Shown piece after piece: positions 42,575 through 46,873 of a stretch of 46,873 nt of DNA. The stretch is from a virus: UHGV virus genome UHGV-1365016; one strand, given 5' to 3'. Within the stretch, counting starts at the first letter, position 1. Each line of letters opens with the position of its first letter. The translations under genes were made by a program, and so were the position numbers. The notes under the pieces are model-generated. The model saw only the letters and a program-made list of their open reading frames with translations, made no database searches and was not told the DNA's origin.

Positions 42575-42657
42575 ACAACGATAAGAGCACTGCTGCAACA
42601 ATGTTGGATTTGGTATGCTAAGCCAGTCAACATCCAATGCTCTTACCTGTTGTGTGT
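42575..42657. repeat. Hairpin repeat unit A (ACAACGATAAGAGCACTG ... CAATGCTCTTACCTGTTGTGTG)
   Basis: TAAGAGCACTG and CAATGCTCTTA are inverted, forming an 11-bp stem with 1 mismatch that encloses about 40 nt. ACAACG and CTGTTGT flanks extend the stem. Confidence 0.5.
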
Positions 42658-42758
42658 TGTTGATGATTGCGCCATTCTCATCTTCAAGGTCAACGCCTCG
42701 CCAGCCCAGCATGATAATCTACCGTTGAGATAATCAATCATCATGTATGGCCTTGCTG

Positions 42759-42838
42759 GTAACAACGGTAAGAGCACTGGCTAACCAGGCGCGCCGACTC
42801 TTCACGATTATCGACTCAATGCTCTTACCTGTTGTGTG
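42759..42838. repeat. Hairpin repeat unit B (ACAACGGTAAGAGCACTG ... CAATGCTCTTACCTGTTGTGTG)
   Basis: Direct copy of unit A. The ends are identical, including a 22-nt 3' arm, and the loop sequence is different. Confidence 0.5.
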
Positions 42839-42910
42839 CCTATTATTAATCATAGCCGGCCACTAAGTAGATTTTAATCTACACCACAAAATAATCACTG
42901 TCAACACCTG

Positions 42911-42919
42911 TGATATAAT
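42911..42919 (+). promoter_or_regulatory. Extended -10 promoter TGATATAAT for the major tail protein gene
   Basis: Preceded by GTCAACAC at 42900 and AATCTACACC at 42876, with the same 24-nt offset as at 44661/44685. ATG at 42956. Confidence 0.5.
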
Positions 42920-42955
42920 CACCACGTTAGCAGCTAACACAATTCGGAGATCGAA

Positions 42956-43672
42956 ATGGCTATTTGTGCAAATGATAAAGGCGTTCTGGTCGGTCGCATG
43001 ACCCGACTGTTCCTTGCTGAGGGGTGCGGTGACGCAGTTCCTGATGCAGAAGACTGGAAGTATTTAGGTTCAACCACCAGTAAAGGCGTGGACTACTCAC
43101 CGCAGACTACCACGTCGGAAGCGGATACAGCTGGCGGCTTTGTTTCCACTCTCGTTACCAGCTCTGATATGACCATCAGCGCAGAGGTTGAAATCCGCAA
43201 GAATGACCCAAGCGATGAGTTTGGCTTCCATCGTCTGGTTGAGATTTACGCCACTGAACTGAAAGCGCGTCGTCAGCCTTCCTTGTGGGTGCGTGAGGTG
43301 ACTGGTGCAACTATCGTTACCGCGTATTGCAACATCACCAGCATCAGTTATGAAGGTGGCACGAACGACATCGTTACTGGCAGCCTTGAGTTCAAAGTTT
43401 ACGATTCTGACAGCGTTACCGTCGAAAGCCTTGAACCTCTGGCGTTCACTACCGACCTGCAATCAACTGGCAGCACTGGCAGCCCATTAACCGTTGCTGT
43501 TGAAGGTGGCGTCGCACCGTACACTTACGTATGGCGCAAAGATGGCGTGGTTGTTGGCGGTGAGTCTGGCGCAACACTGGCAAGCCCAACAGCTGGCGTG
43601 TACACAGTTACCGTTACCGACTCATCTACTGACCCGGAAATTATTATCAGTACGGCATGCACTGTATCCTGA
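42956..43672 (+). CDS. Major tail protein with C-terminal Ig-like (Big_2-type) domain
   Basis: 238 aa. The C-terminal PLTVAVEGGVAPYTYVWRKDGVVVGGESGATLASPTAGVYTVTVTD is an Ig-like fold motif. A bidirectional terminator follows it. Confidence 0.6.
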   Translation: MAICANDKGVLVGRMTRLFLAEGCGDAVPDAEDWKYLGSTTSKGVDYSPQTTTSEADTAGGFVSTLVTSSDMTISAEVEIRKNDPSDEFGFHRLVEIYATELKARRQPSLWVREVTGATIVTAYCNITSISYEGGTNDIVTGSLEFKVYDSDSVTVESLEPLAFTTDLQSTGSTGSPLTVAVEGGVAPYTYVWRKDGVVVGGESGATLASPTAGVYTVTVTDSSTDPEIIISTACTVS

Positions 43673-43678
43673 TAAAGA

Positions 43679-43698
43679 AAAGCCCCGAAAGGGGCTTT
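43679..43698. terminator. Bidirectional rho-independent terminator
   Basis: AAGCCCC-GAAA-GGGGCTT with A-run before and T-run after. Confidence 0.7.
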
Positions 43699-43701
43699 GG
43701 T

Positions 43702-43968
43702 TTATTCTTGTGGCGGTTCCGGCAGTGGCATCCAGTGTGTGGCATTACTAATCAAGCCATATTCATTAGTTTGAGGGTGATTGCCGCGCCCATCTCCGTA
43801 TTTAAAACTCTCCATAAAGCCATAATGTTTATCCCCGTCAATGCTCACAAAGCCGTAATAAGCAGGTATAACGCCGATCTCACACGTAACCAGCAAAGGA
43901 AAACCAGTTCTCCAATTTAGTTCGCCGATTTCCGGCATCCGCTCACTACACCTAATCCACTGGCTCAT
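43702..43968 (-). CDS. DUF551-like phage protein
   Basis: N-terminal MSQWIRCSERMPEIGE... resembles the W-I...P-E start of DUF551. Moron position. Confidence 0.3.
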   Translation of the reverse strand: MSQWIRCSERMPEIGELNWRTGFPLLVTCEIGVIPAYYGFVSIDGDKHYGFMESFKYGDGRGNHPQTNEYGLISNATHWMPLPEPPQE

Positions 43969-44104
43969 ATCACCTTATCCTCATCAAAAATCACACCAAT
44001 AACGCGAAGCAAGTCTTTCGCCATCTGCTCTGCTTCTTCGTAATCGTAACCTGCATCAACATACAGTTCAGTATAGAAAATCAGGTCGGCTTTTGTTTGT
44101 TCGT

Positions 44105-44299
44105 TCATTTCTTGTCGTCACTCTTAACCAATGCCCAAACAAGTGCTGCAACCCACCCAACAAAGCTCCATCCGACAAGAATATTCAGCACACAGATTGC
44201 GGTCGTATTTGTGTGCTTTCTCTGCAATGCCACAAAAGATGGCAGAAGGTACGCAAATATCACCAAACCAGCAAAAAACAACAAAATAACAACGTCCAT
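44105..44299 (-). CDS. Superinfection immunity (Imm family) small membrane protein
   Basis: MDVVILLFFAGLVIFAYLLPSFVALQRKHTNTTAICVLNILVGWSFVGWVAALVWALV is characteristic of the Imm superinfection-immunity family. Start at the internal ATG 44299. Confidence 0.5.
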   Translation of the reverse strand: MDVVILLFFAGLVIFAYLLPSFVALQRKHTNTTAICVLNILVGWSFVGWVAALVWALVKSDDKK

Positions 44300-44331
44300 A
44301 GCTAACCTCAATTGTTAATAACTTGTTTATA

Positions 44332-44625
44332 TCACATGCCATTCTTTTCGCACAAAGAAACAGCCACATCACGCAATTGTTCTTTGGTCATATCCTTGCG
44401 TGCATAAACCATTTCTACGATAGCAAGGCCGATTATTTCTGCTGATTCGTTGTTTTTTGTTGACCCCCTAACTACCACCTCGGCAAGATTCTTGCTGATA
44501 CCGTTATCTCGAGCATCGGCAGTGCTCATGGCAATTTCTCCGATGTTTTTGCACATCTCTGAAGTCGCACTAACAGCAAAAGAAGAAGCCAACAGAACAG
44601 ACGCAATCAACATTTTAATTTTCAT
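44332..44625 (-). CDS. Secreted or periplasmic protein with signal peptide
   Basis: MKIKMLIASVLLASSFAVSATSE is a signal peptide. The mature part is about 75 aa with 2 Cys. Confidence 0.4.
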   Translation of the reverse strand: MKIKMLIASVLLASSFAVSATSEMCKNIGEIAMSTADARDNGISKNLAEVVVRGSTKNNESAEIIGLAIVEMVYARKDMTKEQLRDVAVSLCEKNGM

Positions 44626-44700
44626 AACTCACCTCATTCATCACTAGTTTCGATGACCTGAATCTACATCACCACCTCGCAGGTGTCAACACTACTGAGA

Positions 44701-44709
44701 TGATATAAT
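44701..44709 (+). promoter_or_regulatory. Extended -10 promoter TGATATAAT for the tail chaperone and tape measure genes
   Basis: GTCAACAC at 44685 and AATCTACATCA at 44661 lie upstream. ATG at 44730/44739. Confidence 0.5.
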
Positions 44710-44729
44710 CAACATCAGTCAAATTCAGG

Positions 44730-45446
44730 ATGCAAAACATGAGCAATCGCACGCCACTAACAGAAATCGGAGAGATGCGCATCTCGCTTTCCGACAGGAG
44801 TTTTTTCTTTAAGCCATCATTTCGTGCCATGAATGAAATCGGCACCCCAAAAGAAATCGTCGAGGTGTACGCTAAGCTCAATGGCATTGATTATGTTGCG
44901 CCATTGCAGCACGTCGAATACCTGCCATTTGGCGCGCAGATGCAGGTTATGAAAACCATCAGCAAACCAGTGTTTGGTCGCCATGTGCTGAGTGCGGCCT
45001 ATATCGTCATGCAATCATGCTGCGAAGATGATATCTCTGTGCTGATTGGTGGGTGGAAGCCAACGCCGCGCGGCGTGCGATACGTACCTGGCATTATGCC
45101 AGTGAGCGACATTATTATTATTGCGCGAAACCTGATGGAGCACGGCATCATCGGCAAGTCACCACTCAAAGTGCCTGAGCGTCTGGAAGAGCAGGGCAAG
45201 AAAACCACAAACGAATTTCATGCGTCGCAATACATCATCTCAGCACGCACGCATTTCGACATGACGCGCGATGAGGCTGAAAACCTGTCCATGACAGAGT
45301 TTCAGATGATGATTAAGAATAAATATCCAGAGCCGAAAGGGCTAACAAAAGAAGAACGCGCAGCCGAGTACGATCAGGCCAAAGCAGACCGCGAGCGCAT
45401 GAAGGCACTGGCTGAACGCAAAGCGAAAAAAGCGAGGAATACATAA
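44730..45446 (+). CDS. Tail assembly chaperone
   Basis: 238 aa, immediately upstream of the tape measure gene with TAATG overlap. The C-terminal region is Lys/Glu-rich. Confidence 0.4.
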   Translation: MQNMSNRTPLTEIGEMRISLSDRSFFFKPSFRAMNEIGTPKEIVEVYAKLNGIDYVAPLQHVEYLPFGAQMQVMKTISKPVFGRHVLSAAYIVMQSCCEDDISVLIGGWKPTPRGVRYVPGIMPVSDIIIIARNLMEHGIIGKSPLKVPERLEEQGKKTTNEFHASQYIISARTHFDMTRDEAENLSMTEFQMMIKNKYPEPKGLTKEERAAEYDQAKADRERMKALAERKAKKARNT

Positions 45447-46873
45447 TGGCTGAAGAAGTCGGCGGAATTGTCTATGAAGTCGGGATGGATGTTAAAGGTC
45501 TGAAAGCTGGCGCGACAACAGCCAATAAGACTTTAGATGACCTTGAATCATCAACCAACAAAACCACAAGCGCGCTTGGGAAGCTGGATAAAAACGCCAG
45601 AAATGCTGGCAGCGGAATGAAGAGTGCTGGAGGAGCTGCGTCAGGACTAAAAACCAGCATGTCGATGCTGGCTGGCGCAATATCCGTGTCACTGATTATC
45701 GAATGGGGCAAGCGATTCCTTGAAGTTGCCGATAACATGACACAGCTTCAGGCAAGGATTGCACGCCTGTCAACTGACACGAAAACCGCGAACGAAACAT
45801 TCAGCACACTGGCAAATATCGCCTCAACCACTGGTGCAAGCCTCAGCGATACCACGAAGCTGTGGGAAACATTGACATCTTCACTGAAAGAGGCTGGTGC
45901 TACAAATGCGCAGGTTCTGAACCTTACAGATACCCTGCAAAAAATAGGTAGAATCGGCGGGTCATCAACCGAAGAAATGGCGAACGCATTACGTCAGTTC
46001 GGTCAGTCAATCGCATCTGGCACAATCCGCGCCGAAGAATTTAACTCCATCCTTGAACAGATGCCTGAGCTTGCTCGCCAGATAGCGGCAGGTCTTGGCA
46101 TTTCAATGGGTGAGCTTCGCGCCAGAATGCTTGACGGCAAACTGACGGCAGAAGATGCGCTAAATGCCATTCAGGACAGAACAAGCGTCGTTAATGCTGA
46201 GTTTGAAAAACTTCCTCGCACAATGGATCAGGCTGTAGGCTCACTAGAAGTTTCATTTTCAAAACTGGTTGTGGCCGTTAACGATGCTACTGGAGCATCA
46301 AAAACAGCGGTAGAGATTATCGACCAACTGGCAAAATACATTGATTTCCTCGGCGATAAATCAACCAGCACGAGCGATAAGATTCTCTCTCTTGCAACCG
46401 TAATTTCGAAATTAAACCCCGGAGCATGGGCGCAGATGGGGGTGGATGCGCTTTTCGGTGATGACGACATTGAAAAGCAAAAGCAATATAACGATCAGGT
46501 TGAGCGATTCGTTAAGGCATCAGCTGAAGGTTATGAGCAGACAAAGAAACAGGCTGAAGCGACAAAACACCTGAAGATTGCGCAAGCACCGACCAAAGAT
46601 AAAAAAGGCAAAGGAAAGGGCAAAAGCGCCGAAGAACGACAAGCTGAATCAGTCGCTGAAAAGCTGGAGAAGTTACGCCAGCAGACCATGCTTAATGCTA
46701 CATCTACCAGCGAACTATCCCGCGAACAAGCCATTCTCAACGCGCAACAGTCGCTTGGCAAGTCAGCTACTCAGGAGCAAATAAAGCTGGCTGGTGAATA
46801 TGCCGCTAAGATTTGGGACCAGAAGAATGCGCTGAAGAGCGCAGCAGACGCAGATAAGTCAAGGCAGGAGTTA
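45446..46873 (+). CDS. Tail tape measure protein, N-terminal portion (3' partial; continues past the window end)
   Basis: ORF open to the window end: MAEEVGGIVYEVGMDVKGLKAGATTANKTLDDLESS... with long helical, Ala/Gln/Lys-rich repeats typical of tape measure proteins. The C-terminal part is at 1..948. Confidence 0.7.
   Translation, partial: MAEEVGGIVYEVGMDVKGLKAGATTANKTLDDLESSTNKTTSALGKLDKNARNAGSGMKSAGGAASGLKTSMSMLAGAISVSLIIEWGKRFLEVADNMTQLQARIARLSTDTKTANETFSTLANIASTTGASLSDTTKLWETLTSSLKEAGATNAQVLNLTDTLQKIGRIGGSSTEEMANALRQFGQSIASGTIRAEEFNSILEQMPELARQIAAGLGISMGELRARMLDGKLTAEDALNAIQDRTSVVNAEFEKLPRTMDQAVGSLEVSFSKLVVAVNDATGASKTAVEIIDQLAKYIDFLGDKSTSTSDKILSLATVISKLNPGAWAQMGVDALFGDDDIEKQKQYNDQVERFVKASAEGYEQTKKQAEATKHLKIAQAPTKDKKGKGKGKSAEERQAESVAEKLEKLRQQTMLNATSTSELSREQAILNAQQSLGKSATQEQIKLAGEYAAKIWDQKNALKSAADADKSRQEL

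Noticed and set aside
42575-42838. Possible CRISPR array or tRNA remnants at the twin repeats.
   Set aside because: There are only two repeat units, each with internal dyad symmetry, and the spacers differ in length. There is no cloverleaf and no cas genes. They are better described as paired hairpins.
44730-45446. Programmed -1 frameshift (G/GT-type) in the tail chaperone gene.
   Set aside because: A single uninterrupted 238-aa ORF abuts the tape measure gene. I could not find a slippery heptamer followed by an overlapping downstream frame.

Overview
This window reads as a near-complete, circularly permuted genome of a tailed dsDNA phage of enterobacteria. It has siphovirus-type organisation and resembles T1-like (Drexlerviridae-like) phages in gene order. 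I could run no database search, so family assignments rest on motifs I recognise by eye.

Layout, left to right:
- Tail module (1..6651, + strand): C-terminal part of the tape measure protein, three small minor tail proteins including one NlpC/P60-like, an 825-aa tail-tip protein and a 623-aa fibre or tailspike.
- Replication and recombination operon (6685..15938, - strand): SSB, a Sak4-like ATPase, a PD-(D/E)XK exonuclease, a VRR-NUC nuclease, an SF2 helicase, an HNH homing endonuclease and a DUF3987-like P-loop NTPase. A primase gene on the + strand is embedded in it.
- AT-rich, iteron-bearing control region, probably also the replication origin (15939..16660).
- Rightward early genes (16665..18894), including an Ead/Ea22-like protein.
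- Terminase small and large subunits, portal and a Mu-F-like minor head protein (19013..25077).
- About 7 kb of small accessory genes on both strands (25161..32151). This block holds a lambda-type lysis cassette: an R-like lysozyme and an Rz i-spanin with an embedded Rz1-like o-spanin. It also holds a Lar-like zinc-ribbon protein.
- Prohead protease/scaffold, a decoration-like protein and the major capsid protein (32345..35171).
- A - strand accessory island with a ParB-like nuclease (36301..39181).
- Head-tail connector genes interrupted by a second HNH endonuclease.
- A - strand tRNA-Met(CAT) and a 550-bp noncoding stretch carrying twin hairpin repeats.
- Major tail protein with a C-terminal Ig-like domain.
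- A - strand moron encoding a superinfection-immunity (Imm) family membrane protein.
- A tail chaperone and the N-terminal part of the tape measure protein, which runs off the window end.

No integrase, repressor or CRISPR array was found.

Strongest non-coding signals:
- A conserved 11-12-mer, TTGAYGTAGAT (reverse complement ATCTACRTCAA), recurs in about nine promoter regions. Several tandem copies are spaced so that one copy supplies a -35 hexamer and the next a -10 hexamer.
- A set of extended -10 (TGnTATAAT) promoters sits in front of the late structural gene blocks.
- An iteron-plus-AT-rich origin-like region lies at 16130..16560.
- Two about 80-bp hairpin repeats lie at 42575..42838.
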